64,000 nt of DNA from Promethearchaeia archaeon. GTDB lineage: Archaea > Asgardarchaeota > Lokiarchaeia > Sigyniarchaeales > SOKP01. The notes under the pieces were generated by a model. It did no database searches, was not told the DNA's origin, and saw only the letters and a list, made by a program, of their open reading frames with translations. The stretch spans positions 480,001 through 544,000 of the forward strand of contig JAHQWK010000001.1 in assembly GCA_029856145.1 (NCBI GenBank), read 5' to 3'. Within the stretch, counting starts at the first letter, position 1; the number at the start of each line of letters is the position of its first letter. Of the stretch, positions 18,650 to 28,528 are shown in pieces. The position numbers and the translations under genes are program-made.

Positions 18650-21600
18650 ATGTCAATTTTTTATTTTCGAACTTTGTTGCTTGGTTCAGACCCTGATACT
18701 ATTCATTTTTATATATCAAGAGCTTTTGGTGAACCTGGCGAAGATAAGGAGACTTATGTCTCATGGTATAAAGAATTAAACGTCTTAGATAATAAATGTG
18801 ATTTAGAAATTGATGCTCTTACAAGTTTTTCTGCTAATTTAGATGAAATAATTCCAACGGTAGATGGAATTGTTTATTTTTTAAATCCTACAATTCAGGA
18901 AGAGTCAGAACTTTTTGAAATGATACTTCCGGATATTTTTTCCGTAAAACGGGATATCCCTACGATTATTATGTTTTATGATCAAAATGGAATTCTTCCT
19001 ATCTCTATTAATGATTTATTAACACATATATGGGTTAATTTTCCTAGCCTTGAAGCATTTGTGAATCTTCCTCCTAACGATTTTCATCAAACTCTCCAAT
19101 CTTTATGCTTAGCTATGATTAATGGAGATACGCCATTAAATATAGAAAATGCATGGATGCGATTTCCAATATTTATACAAATGGCAAATATCTATTTTAA
19201 TAACAAAAATTACTTTTATGCCGCTCAAGCTATCAGAAAAGCAGCTCAAATTGCAGAGATCTATAATAAAGAAGAATTTTTTATAATCAGTGAACAAGCA
19301 GCATACCTTTTTTCCAAAATGAATTTATATTTAGAAGCAAGTAAAATTTTAGAAAAAGTAGATAAACGGAAATCAAGAAATTTCAAGAAGTTATATGCTG
19401 AAGCTATAGTAAGAGAGGGCAATCATTTTTTCAAAAGGAATGAATATGAAAAAGCAGCTAGAAGCTATGAAAGAGCAGCTCAATGGTCAAGTATAGAATT
19501 ATTAGATAAAAAACTTATTAATGAAGCATTTAGATTAGCTATAAATTCGTGGATTTCTGCATGTAGTGTTGAGGATGCTTTTAGAATTTTTCTAAGTTTA
19601 CCTCATAAAGAGGTTATCACCATTTTAAAAGAAATTTCGGATAAAATTTGTGCTGCAGCTGATTATTTGGCAAGTATTAATAATTTTGAATTAGCAAGAG
19701 AACAGCTATATAGCGCAGTTAACAGATATCAATTGGAGGATCTTTTTGATGAATTAAAAAACTTGACTACCAAACTTTCCGAAGTTCTAATTGAACTTTT
19801 TAAGCATCAAGTAAAAGAACAAAAAAAACATGCTGCTAGAAATACTTATGATGAGATTGAAAACATGTGGATCTCTTATAAGGTAAAAAAAGTAGATTTA
19901 AATTTGACTCTAGAAGAGTTGATTAATCAATTTTTTGAAGTTAATAATTTTGGAATGGCTACAATATTAATAGATAAATTAAGTTCAAGAAAATCCAAAC
20001 AACAATTAGCAAAAGTTAGAGATGAGCTCGAAGATAAATATAGAGCTTTGAAAAAGAAAGAAGTAGAAGACAATATCAATAAAGGAGTTCAAGTTATAAG
20101 AGATTTTGGCGAAGTTGAACGAGAAATACTTATAGAGATGAATTCTCAAAAAATAACTGAAGTAAATGAATTTATTAAACATAATAGTTATTTAACAGCA
20201 GCAAATCTGCTGAAAAAACAAGCAGAATATCTTAAAAGTATTGGAAAAGATGAAATAAGGGATCAAATTCTAACAAAATCTTTAGACATCTTGTTAGATG
20301 GTTTAGAATTTGAAAATTTCTTCATAACTTGTAATACACTCTCAGGTGAAATGAAAACCAAATATTTAACTAGAATTTTTCCAAAATATATTCAAAAATT
20401 AAATGAACTTAAGGATTCTGAGGATTATCTAAGAAAAGAAAGAATTTTTGAGAATTCAATCAGAATTTACCGAGATCAAATGCTTTATGACCATTCAAAA
20501 GAAATAAGCTTACTTTTCATAAAACTTGTTAAAACTGAAGCCTTAAGGATATTGGAGAGCGAAGATAATCTCTCTGCTGTCAATAAAGCTGAAGTTTTAA
20601 TCAAAAAAGCTCTAAATATAACTTCAGCATATCTGGAAAAAGAGGAAAATATTAAAATTACTTTTAACAAAATCTATAAAAAAATTACTGAAATTTATAT
20701 TGAATTAGATAACTTGCATTTAGCACACGTTTATAATGATAAAATTGAAAAACCAACTTACAAAATAGAACTCAATAAGAAAATAGAGAAACTTGAAGCT
20801 AAGAAAAGTGAAATTAGATCTAAAAAAGCTAAGGAAACACGTAAAGGAGAAGAATTAAAGGAAAAAGATTCAATTATCGAAAAAAGAGCGCAAGAAGCGA
20901 GATTAGATAAAGAAAATGATATGAAAGAACGAAAAGGATTAATAAGAGGATATTTCAAAGATGGTTTGAGTTATTTAAAATCCCAACAGTATGATGAAGC
21001 GCTTGAGATCTACAAAAATACAATGAATCGATTAAATTTGACTAAAAAATATAAATTAGCAGGAGTTTCTTTAGCCATAGCAAGTTTAATACTTATGAAA
21101 CAAAATAAATTTGAACAAGCGAGGAATTTATTAAATGAGACAAAAAAGAAATTATCTGGTTTAGCTAAATTATTTTCTGAAACATTTGCGGTTACATTGA
21201 TCGAATATGTTATTGATTTGAAGAGTTTTCAAGATGAAGAAAAATTGAAAGAATCACTGCACTTTTTTGAAATACTCCCATTATTTGAAGAGGAATTATT
21301 TTTATTATATGATCTAATAGGCGAAGAATATCAAAAGGAAGAAAAGCGTGAAAAAACTATTGAGACGTTCGCAAAACAAAAAGAAATTGAAAGGATTGTT
21401 AAAAAGCTAGCAGGATCTATTGAAAAAAAAACACATCACATAAAACAACGAGAGGCAATCAAAAGCCAATATTGGAGACTTATATTAGATGATATCTTTA
21501 ATGGAAAAATGATAAATGCATCAATAGGTTATTTTGACATAATACCAAAACTAATCAAAGAAGGTTATATTAAACTAGCTGCAGTTAGTTTGATCTTAGG

Positions 21601-22378
21601 TTCGATAATCCTTATTAATGAAAAAACAGTTAAAATTTCTGAAGAAACATTCCAGAAACATGTAGATGAAAATAAATCTGATTTAAAGCCTCTTCCAGAA
21701 ATCGAGATTATGAAGTATTTTTTCCCTGCAATAAGAAATGATGAAAAATCGGTTATTAAACTAATCATTGATTCATTTATCGAGAAATTGGTTTTGTTCG
21801 AACCTGAAATTCAGATATTAAGAAATATTGCTGGAGAAGAAATTTCGGAAGAAGAAGAAATTGAAGAAATGTCAAGAAAAGAATATGGAAAATTATCAAA
21901 AATACGAATAGATTTTGAGCAAAGATATGGCAAACTACATTCTAAACAAGGAGATGCTAGAAGAGATAAAGAAAATTCATTAAAGAAAAGAAAACCAATG
22001 AGAAAGAGGTATTATTTATTGATATTAGAGTTGTTGGAAACAAAAAAATTTAAGGAGGGTGCAGAAAAATACTTAGAATTAGCATATAGTTTCTCTAAAA
22101 GGAAAGATCTCGAGAGTAGTTCATTAATGGTGATTTTTTATGGATTAGCTCTTTTAAAGGCAGAAGAACCCTTAAAATCAATTAAAAAGAATATTAATAT
22201 TTATTTAAATAGCTTAGGAGTTAACAAAAAATTGGTCGAAGAAACATTTTATATTATGCTAATTATGTTTCTGATTGATGTAAAACTATATAATTTTGAC
22301 AAATTTTTGCCTAAAATTAAAGAAATATTGGAGATACTGCCTATGTTCGAAGAAGAGAAGGTTTTAATTGAAGAATAA
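18650..22378 (+). CDS. Large alpha-solenoid (TPR/SNAP-like) protein with a degenerate small-GTPase-like N-terminus
   Basis: 1242 aa, helical throughout, with three C-terminal repeats ending L(P/V)(L/M)FE(E/P)E. Confidence 0.7.
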   Translation: MSIFYFRTLLLGSDPDTIHFYISRAFGEPGEDKETYVSWYKELNVLDNKCDLEIDALTSFSANLDEIIPTVDGIVYFLNPTIQEESELFEMILPDIFSVKRDIPTIIMFYDQNGILPISINDLLTHIWVNFPSLEAFVNLPPNDFHQTLQSLCLAMINGDTPLNIENAWMRFPIFIQMANIYFNNKNYFYAAQAIRKAAQIAEIYNKEEFFIISEQAAYLFSKMNLYLEASKILEKVDKRKSRNFKKLYAEAIVREGNHFFKRNEYEKAARSYERAAQWSSIELLDKKLINEAFRLAINSWISACSVEDAFRIFLSLPHKEVITILKEISDKICAAADYLASINNFELAREQLYSAVNRYQLEDLFDELKNLTTKLSEVLIELFKHQVKEQKKHAARNTYDEIENMWISYKVKKVDLNLTLEELINQFFEVNNFGMATILIDKLSSRKSKQQLAKVRDELEDKYRALKKKEVEDNINKGVQVIRDFGEVEREILIEMNSQKITEVNEFIKHNSYLTAANLLKKQAEYLKSIGKDEIRDQILTKSLDILLDGLEFENFFITCNTLSGEMKTKYLTRIFPKYIQKLNELKDSEDYLRKERIFENSIRIYRDQMLYDHSKEISLLFIKLVKTEALRILESEDNLSAVNKAEVLIKKALNITSAYLEKEENIKITFNKIYKKITEIYIELDNLHLAHVYNDKIEKPTYKIELNKKIEKLEAKKSEIRSKKAKETRKGEELKEKDSIIEKRAQEARLDKENDMKERKGLIRGYFKDGLSYLKSQQYDEALEIYKNTMNRLNLTKKYKLAGVSLAIASLILMKQNKFEQARNLLNETKKKLSGLAKLFSETFAVTLIEYVIDLKSFQDEEKLKESLHFFEILPLFEEELFLLYDLIGEEYQKEEKREKTIETFAKQKEIERIVKKLAGSIEKKTHHIKQREAIKSQYWRLILDDIFNGKMINASIGYFDIIPKLIKEGYIKLAAVSLILGSIILINEKTVKISEETFQKHVDENKSDLKPLPEIEIMKYFFPAIRNDEKSVIKLIIDSFIEKLVLFEPEIQILRNIAGEEISEEEEIEEMSRKEYGKLSKIRIDFEQRYGKLHSKQGDARRDKENSLKKRKPMRKRYYLLILELLETKKFKEGAEKYLELAYSFSKRKDLESSSLMVIFYGLALLKAEEPLKSIKKNINIYLNSLGVNKKLVEETFYIMLIMFLIDVKLYNFDKFLPKIKEILEILPMFEEEKVLIEE

Positions 22379-22387
22379 AAAGATTTT

Positions 22388-23311
22388 TTAATCGGCCATA
22401 TTAGCATAATTTTGTAAATCCTTGACACGCATTCTCAGAGTAACTTCAGTAACCCTAGCTAATTTTGAAATTTCTTTTTGAGTTCGGTTCTCATTACAAA
22501 TTTTCGAACCAATATAAATAGCTGCTGCTGCTATCCCTTTAGGATCCTTTCCCGCCGAATTAAATCCACTTTCCCTAGCTTTTTCAATAATTTTAACAGC
22601 TATATTTCGACATTTCATAGATAGCTTTAATTCTTCATTAAATTTATCTACATAACGCTCACTAGAAAAGTGAGTCACTTTCAAACCTAATTTCGGCAAT
22701 ACTTCCATCAAAATTAAACGATAACTTTTGATCACTTTTTTTTTAGGAATTTGTGCAACTTTTGTAATCTCTTCGGCAGTTCTGGGTATTCCATGGACTC
22801 GTAAAGCCGCAAAAATCGAAGCTGATAATAGGGTATCAATACTACGACCCATTGTTAATTTCTTTTTTACTGTTTGAGTATAAATCCGAAGTGCATCCTC
22901 TGCAACCGCATCAGGAATTCCTAATCTCTTTTGTAAACGCTGTAAATTTGGTAAAGCAATCCATAAATTTCTTTCATAGCTAGTTGTTAGTGATCTATGT
23001 ATTTTAGCTAATCTATTGAACTTTGACTTATATTTTGGACTTAATAACGTACCTCTGGCATCTCTAGAACCTCTAATAATGGTTCTTGGGCCAATAGGAC
23101 TGTATACTCTCTCGTTACTTTTTCTTTTTTGGATTTCTTCTTGAGTAAAAGCTCTCCGAGGACTATCATCAAGAATACGAGAATATACAAATCCGCAATT
23201 TAAACACACATACCAGCCATCCTCTTCCGAAATTTTTGGGCTGTCACAGCAAGGGGGTCCTTCTTCGGTGCCATCTTCAAAAAAATCATCATCTTCAAAA
23301 TGTGCTGGCAT
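22388..23311 (-). CDS. tfb: Transcription initiation factor TFB (TFIIB)
   Basis: Zn ribbon (CC...VCLNCG), two cyclin repeats (GRS...AS...PRT and GKDPKGIAAAAIY) and TEVTLR. Confidence 0.93.
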   Translation of the reverse strand: MPAHFEDDDFFEDGTEEGPPCCDSPKISEEDGWYVCLNCGFVYSRILDDSPRRAFTQEEIQKRKSNERVYSPIGPRTIIRGSRDARGTLLSPKYKSKFNRLAKIHRSLTTSYERNLWIALPNLQRLQKRLGIPDAVAEDALRIYTQTVKKKLTMGRSIDTLLSASIFAALRVHGIPRTAEEITKVAQIPKKKVIKSYRLILMEVLPKLGLKVTHFSSERYVDKFNEELKLSMKCRNIAVKIIEKARESGFNSAGKDPKGIAAAAIYIGSKICNENRTQKEISKLARVTEVTLRMRVKDLQNYANMAD

Positions 23312-23415
23312 AGTTTTTAAAATGCAAAAGGACGGTAATTGAATTTTTAATTTTTTTCCTTAGAAATACATAAATTAAAAAATATATAAGTGTAATCTAT
23401 TTCAAATTAACTTGT

Positions 23416-23428
23416 GAAAATTTATATC
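23416..23428 (+). promoter_or_regulatory. BRE/TATA candidate (GAAAATTTATATC) for the Arf-like GTPase gene
   Basis: Matches the archaeal purine-rich BRE plus TTTATA. The same motif occurs at 36412 and 62167. Confidence 0.45.
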
Positions 23429-23511
23429 TTTATCTTTTTAACTAGTATAGTAATAAATAATAATAAAAATTAAATCAACCTATTAATAATAAAGAAAAAT
23501 CGTTATTTGTA

Positions 23512-24750
23512 ATGTCTACTGAAGTCTCTAGCTTGATAAAAGTCATCTCTAAATTTTTAGACCCGAAATCTGCTAAAGTTAGTAAATTAAAAGAAATTGA
23601 TGACATTTTAAAATTACATATTGATTCTTATAAATTTATTGATAAAGAAGAATTCACAATCATTAAGCAATTATTGGACATCACGACCATTGGAGATGCC
23701 TCAAAGTTAAATAAAGATGACCCGTTTGGGAGTCTTATTGAAATTGAAGAAACGGATGATTCTATAGAATTAGCAATAGACTTGCAGAAAAAAATTGAGG
23801 AATTAAAAGAAAAATACCCTTTTCTTGAAACTAAATTAAAGAAAACAGGCACAATTAGTTCACTTATTGCGAGTATTAAAGAGGAAAAAGAAGGAATAGA
23901 GATTAAAGGTCAAAAAGTTCTTGTATGTGGTTTAGACGCAGCTGGGAAAACATCATTGTTATCCAAATTTGGAGGACGTTTAGGAATAAGTGATATGATC
24001 GCAACACATCCAACAAAAGGAGTGGTACGAATGAAATTTGGCACTAGCAATTTGAATCTATTTATATGGGATTTGGGTGGTCAAGAGGAATATAGAGAAA
24101 GATATTTAAATAATCCAGAGCAATATTTTGTCCAATTGGATTTATTAATGTTTGTAATTGATGTACAGGATCCTGATAGATTTGAAGAATCTCTTCAATA
24201 TTTTGATAAGATAATAGATTCAATAATCTTGTTAGAGGAAACTCCCTATATATTAATATTCATTCATAAGTATGATCCTGATCTGAAAAATGACCCAAAA
24301 ATACTCTTAAATGTTGAACTTTTAAAGGATAACTTAAATGAACTTTTAAAAAGTAAAACGAGCGAATTTGAGCTTGAGATCTATTTAACATCAATATATT
24401 CTCTTATTTCTCGTGAACCTCAGTTTGCTAAATATATAAAGAATTTGATGAGTGCAAGTTCTTCTCTAACTGATCCGACAGTACGAAAAGTGGAGGGTCT
24501 TGGAAAGACTTTAGAAGAAACTTTGAATGCTGTAATTCGTTTATCAGAAAGTATTTCTATGCAACTCAGCGATCTTGATAATCGACTTCGAGCAATAGAG
24601 TCAGGAGCGTTTCAAGTTGCTCAAAGTGGTATTCCAATTGAAATTGCTAATCCCAATCAGCCAACCGCAAGGCGTCAAGAAAATGTACGTTTAAATGTCC
24701 TTAATGAGTTAAAAGATTTATTTAGCAAGAGGAAAAGTCTAGACCTTTAA
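23512..24750 (+). CDS. Arf/Rag-like small GTPase with an N-terminal helical domain and a C-terminal coiled coil
   Basis: GLDAAGKTS, PTKG, WDLGGQ and HKYD. Confidence 0.88.
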   Translation: MSTEVSSLIKVISKFLDPKSAKVSKLKEIDDILKLHIDSYKFIDKEEFTIIKQLLDITTIGDASKLNKDDPFGSLIEIEETDDSIELAIDLQKKIEELKEKYPFLETKLKKTGTISSLIASIKEEKEGIEIKGQKVLVCGLDAAGKTSLLSKFGGRLGISDMIATHPTKGVVRMKFGTSNLNLFIWDLGGQEEYRERYLNNPEQYFVQLDLLMFVIDVQDPDRFEESLQYFDKIIDSIILLEETPYILIFIHKYDPDLKNDPKILLNVELLKDNLNELLKSKTSEFELEIYLTSIYSLISREPQFAKYIKNLMSASSSLTDPTVRKVEGLGKTLEETLNAVIRLSESISMQLSDLDNRLRAIESGAFQVAQSGIPIEIANPNQPTARRQENVRLNVLNELKDLFSKRKSLDL

Positions 24751-24759
24751 ATCTTTAGC

Positions 24760-25479
24760 CTATTCTTTTTTAAAAGATTTCATAATCTTCTTATAGAATG
24801 TTAACAAAAAAATAGCAAAAAATATACTAATCGAGAGTAATAGATACCCTATATTACTAATCAACATTGTATTAATTTCTTGATATTGAATTTCATATGC
24901 TACAAACTGTTCTAAGTAGGTTAGCATTTTATATATTAGTGGACCGGTTAAATAGAGCGTTATTAAAAATCCTATTATACCAAAAATGCAACCAAATATG
25001 ACATCTGTAGGGTAATGCACACCAAGCTGAATTCTTGAAAATGAAACCATAATCACAAGTAAAAATAGTAAAATACAAATAATTGGTGATTTCGTAAAAA
25101 ACAAACCAAATAATAAACCTTGTGCCATAACATTATACGAATGCCACGACGGAAAACTTCTCGAAGTAGGTTTTCGTTCAAAAACAATTATTTCACCTTC
25201 TTCAAATCTTTCAAATGGCCTTTTTCTTTTTACTGTTTGTTTTATCACTAATATTAGAATTAATCCAGTAAGAAATGTAGCGGAGATATAGGCTAATAAA
25301 AAAGGATCATACCAAATAAATAAATAAAAAGCAATTAAGAAAAGCCATAAAGTTTCTCTTCCAAAAAAAGAAATAAATCTTAAAATGATTGTGAATGGTT
25401 TACCCCCTAAACCATTGTATTTCATAATAATTCTTTGGTCCCATTGGTCAATTCTATTTGAAAATTCTTTGAAATCCAT
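24760..25479 (-). CDS. PAP2-family membrane phosphatase
   Basis: K....R.RP, SFPSWH and SRIQLGVHYPTD. Confidence 0.9.
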   Translation of the reverse strand: MDFKEFSNRIDQWDQRIIMKYNGLGGKPFTIILRFISFFGRETLWLFLIAFYLFIWYDPFLLAYISATFLTGLILILVIKQTVKRKRPFERFEEGEIIVFERKPTSRSFPSWHSYNVMAQGLLFGLFFTKSPIICILLFLLVIMVSFSRIQLGVHYPTDVIFGCIFGIIGFLITLYLTGPLIYKMLTYLEQFVAYEIQYQEINTMLISNIGYLLLSISIFFAIFLLTFYKKIMKSFKKE

Positions 25480-25502
25480 AATAGTTTGTATGTCTTGGTT
25501 TT

Positions 25503-26297
25503 TTAATGTGGATTTAATAACTTATAAGCTTCAATCACTTTAGGGATTTGATCTTTAAAATAGTCTAATGAATGTGAATCAGATCCAACAAAAAATTCTA
25601 CTCCTTCTTTCCTTAACTGCTTCATAACACTCATGGATGGAAATGATCTATTTATTGGAAATCGCAATCCAGATAAATTTAATTCTACTTTTATTTTGTT
25701 TTTTATACATAGGCGACCTAAATCTATTACTCGATTATCAGATACATCACAATCATCTGTAGGTATGCAATCATTATTATTAATATAACGAAAGATAGTA
25801 TCAATATGACAGATATTTTTAAAAATTTGCGAGTTAATCATTTTTGTACTTAATTCAAAATAATTATCTATAATCTGTTTCATTGGAATTTTTTCTAACA
25901 ATTTTGTTAACCCCTCTCTTGTTGTAATGGGATATCCAATTATCCATTCGTGAATAGATCCTCCAATAAAATCAAATTCTTTCCCATAATCATCCATAAA
26001 TTCAATTAATTGAATCTCTTTACTCTCATAGTATTCAATTTCTAAGCCACTGAGTATGAAATCATATGTTTCTTTATATATATCGATCTCTTCAAGATAA
26101 TCATTAACTCTTCCATTATAAAAGGGATTAGTCTTGTCATTTTCCACATAATAAAGTTCATAATGGTCAAGAAAACAGACATTAATTTGGTGTTCTTCAG
26201 CAACTTTTATATAATCTTCAAAAGTAGGACCGTCTTGTGCCACATCTCCGCTCCAATTTCTAGTATGAACATGAAAATCTGTAAATTTAAACTTCAT
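25503..26297 (-). CDS. PHP-family histidinol-phosphatase-like protein
   Basis: DFHVHT, DH, GLEIE, GSIH, HID and GSDSH. Confidence 0.85.
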   Translation of the reverse strand: MKFKFTDFHVHTRNWSGDVAQDGPTFEDYIKVAEEHQINVCFLDHYELYYVENDKTNPFYNGRVNDYLEEIDIYKETYDFILSGLEIEYYESKEIQLIEFMDDYGKEFDFIGGSIHEWIIGYPITTREGLTKLLEKIPMKQIIDNYFELSTKMINSQIFKNICHIDTIFRYINNNDCIPTDDCDVSDNRVIDLGRLCIKNKIKVELNLSGLRFPINRSFPSMSVMKQLRKEGVEFFVGSDSHSLDYFKDQIPKVIEAYKLLNPH

Positions 26298-26346
26298 AAA
26301 ATAACAAGATTGATAATTAAAGAAGAAAAATAAAAATTTGGATTAA

Positions 26347-28251
26347 TCAACTAATTGAATCTTCTTTATCAAAAAAAACTCTGTAAAACAGTTCTTTTTC
26401 ACCTATATCTGGCGGAGTTATCTTAGTATAGCCTCCCTTATGAATAACACGAATTGTTTCTTTATTTTGAATGTGTATATTTCCATAGAATCCCTTTATA
26501 CCTTTTTCCTTAGCAACAATAATTATATGTTGATATAGAAATGTACCAATACCCTTTCCTCGATAATCTTCCCTAACTAAAAAGCTATATTCCGCCATAT
26601 TCATTTGAGGGTTTAAATAATATGTAGCACTTCCTATCATTTCTTCTTTTCCAATTTCCCCAATAAATGCTCCTAGTGAAAAAACATTATGATAATCAAT
26701 ATTAACTTCACTCTGAGTTTTTGAATGTGTGAATTCTTTTCTAAGCTCAAAAAATCGTAAATATCTATCTCTTTCATTTAATGAATAATACAATTCTTTA
26801 AGGACTTGTTCATCTGTAGTTTTAACAGGTCGAATATTAATTTTTTCTCTATCTCTTGTTGTATAAATGGTTTCGTATTCTGAAGGATATAAACAAATTC
26901 GACCATCATCATCACAAGGAAGCATCTGATCAGAAAATATATAATTCAATTTTTTAGCTTCGTCTAATAATGATTGTCGGAATTTTGGGTGAGCTATACA
27001 AATCAACTCAAGCACTCTTTCACGAATAGTTTTACCATGAAGGTATGCCACACCCCATTCAGTCACAATATAATGAACATCACCACGAGATAACAATATT
27101 CCTGCTCCTTCATCTAGATGAGGCACAATTCGTGATTTTTCACCATCTCTAGATGTTGAAGGTATTATTATAATGGGTTTTCCTCCTTTAGAAAATGCTG
27201 CACCCCTCATAAAATCAATAGTTTCACCTAATCCCGAATAAAAACTGTAACCCTCAGTAGCAGCATTTACTTGTCCAGTCAAATCAATTTGTCTAGCAGA
27301 ATTGACAGAGACCATTTTTTTATTCATTCCAATGTATCTAGGATTACATACATAATCAGATGGAAAAAATTCTATATAGGGATTATTGTCTACAAAATCA
27401 TATAATTTTTTTGTTCCTAAAGCAAAACTAGTAAGAATTTTTTCAGGATGGAAATTCTTTTTTCTACAAGTCAATACTCCGTTTTCAATGAGTGGTATTA
27501 CATTGTCTGTAATATAATGAGAATGCATTCCAAGATCTCTTTTATCCTTTAGAAATTTTAAGCTTGCATTTGGTAAGTCACCAAAACCTATATGAATCGT
27601 AGATTTATTTTCTATTATGTTTGCAAGATTTTTTCCGATTCTTTCAGCTATTTCATCAGGCTCATCAAAAATAAATTCTAATAACGGTGTGTCATTAAAG
27701 ACAAAAAAATCAATTTCTTTCATATGTATGAAACTATTTCCTAAAGTTCGCGGCATTTGTGGGTTAATTTCAACAATAGTGATATAGGATGATTGAGCTA
27801 TTGGCTTCGCAATATCTACATTAATCCCTAAAGAGCAAAAACCATAGGGATCTGGGGGAGAAACTTGTATAAGGGCAACATCGATATGTTTCTTACCAGT
27901 TAGAAATAAAGATGGAATTTCACTAGTAAAAATAGGTGTATAGTCTGCTTGACCTTTGTTAATTTCCTCTCTAAGAGTTTTTCCAATAAAAAATGCATTA
28001 TGTCTAAAGAGATCCTCTGCCTTATCCTTAAAATATTTTTCTGGACCTATAGTTAAGAAGTGAAGTATTTCAGTATCAATTAATTTCTCTGAGTGTTTAA
28101 TCAATTCTGATGTTAGTAACTGTGGCTCTGAACATCCAGAATCAATAAAAACTCTATTTCCAGGAATTATTTTTTTAATTGCTTCCTCTGCTGTTATTTC
28201 CTTATCTTTCCATTTTTCTCTCCAGTCTTCTTTCATAATATTAGATTTCAC
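26347..28251 (-). CDS. Acetyl-CoA hydrolase/4-hydroxybutyrate CoA-transferase-like domain fused to a C-terminal Pat-like GNAT acetyltransferase
   Basis: DVALIQVSPPD.YGFCSLG and VHYIVTEWG.A.L.GK..RER in the transferase domain; IRP...D...L.....SL...DRYLRFF and YRGKGIG in the GNAT domain. Confidence 0.88.
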   Translation of the reverse strand: MKSNIMKEDWREKWKDKEITAEEAIKKIIPGNRVFIDSGCSEPQLLTSELIKHSEKLIDTEILHFLTIGPEKYFKDKAEDLFRHNAFFIGKTLREEINKGQADYTPIFTSEIPSLFLTGKKHIDVALIQVSPPDPYGFCSLGINVDIAKPIAQSSYITIVEINPQMPRTLGNSFIHMKEIDFFVFNDTPLLEFIFDEPDEIAERIGKNLANIIENKSTIHIGFGDLPNASLKFLKDKRDLGMHSHYITDNVIPLIENGVLTCRKKNFHPEKILTSFALGTKKLYDFVDNNPYIEFFPSDYVCNPRYIGMNKKMVSVNSARQIDLTGQVNAATEGYSFYSGLGETIDFMRGAAFSKGGKPIIIIPSTSRDGEKSRIVPHLDEGAGILLSRGDVHYIVTEWGVAYLHGKTIRERVLELICIAHPKFRQSLLDEAKKLNYIFSDQMLPCDDDGRICLYPSEYETIYTTRDREKINIRPVKTTDEQVLKELYYSLNERDRYLRFFELRKEFTHSKTQSEVNIDYHNVFSLGAFIGEIGKEEMIGSATYYLNPQMNMAEYSFLVREDYRGKGIGTFLYQHIIIVAKEKGIKGFYGNIHIQNKETIRVIHKGGYTKITPPDIGEKELFYRVFFDKEDSIS

Positions 28252-28402
28252 CTTTTATTCTAGTTTAATTTAATTCTTTAAAATATAAATATAATCTCCA
28301 GTCTCTTTATTAATTGTATTATCATCAATATAATGTTTTTGAAATTATAAATAAAATGTTTAAATTCAATTCTATATATCTCTCAATTGATTCAAATCTG
28401 TC

Positions 28403-28427
28403 CATTTAAATCTAAAAGGTTTAAATG
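28403..28427. promoter_or_regulatory. Inverted repeat CATTTAAA-N9-TTTAAATG in the divergent acs / CoA-transferase-GNAT promoter region
   Basis: Perfect 8-bp arms, upstream of the AAAAATCTTTAAAA TATA-like element of acs. Confidence 0.35.
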
Positions 28428-28528
28428 TGATGTGTATAAAAAAAAATCTTTAAAATGGTTAAAGAATTTATTAAAATTAGAATTCTAAATAATATAAATT
28501 GACTGAAAATTTGTTTAAGTGAAGAATT

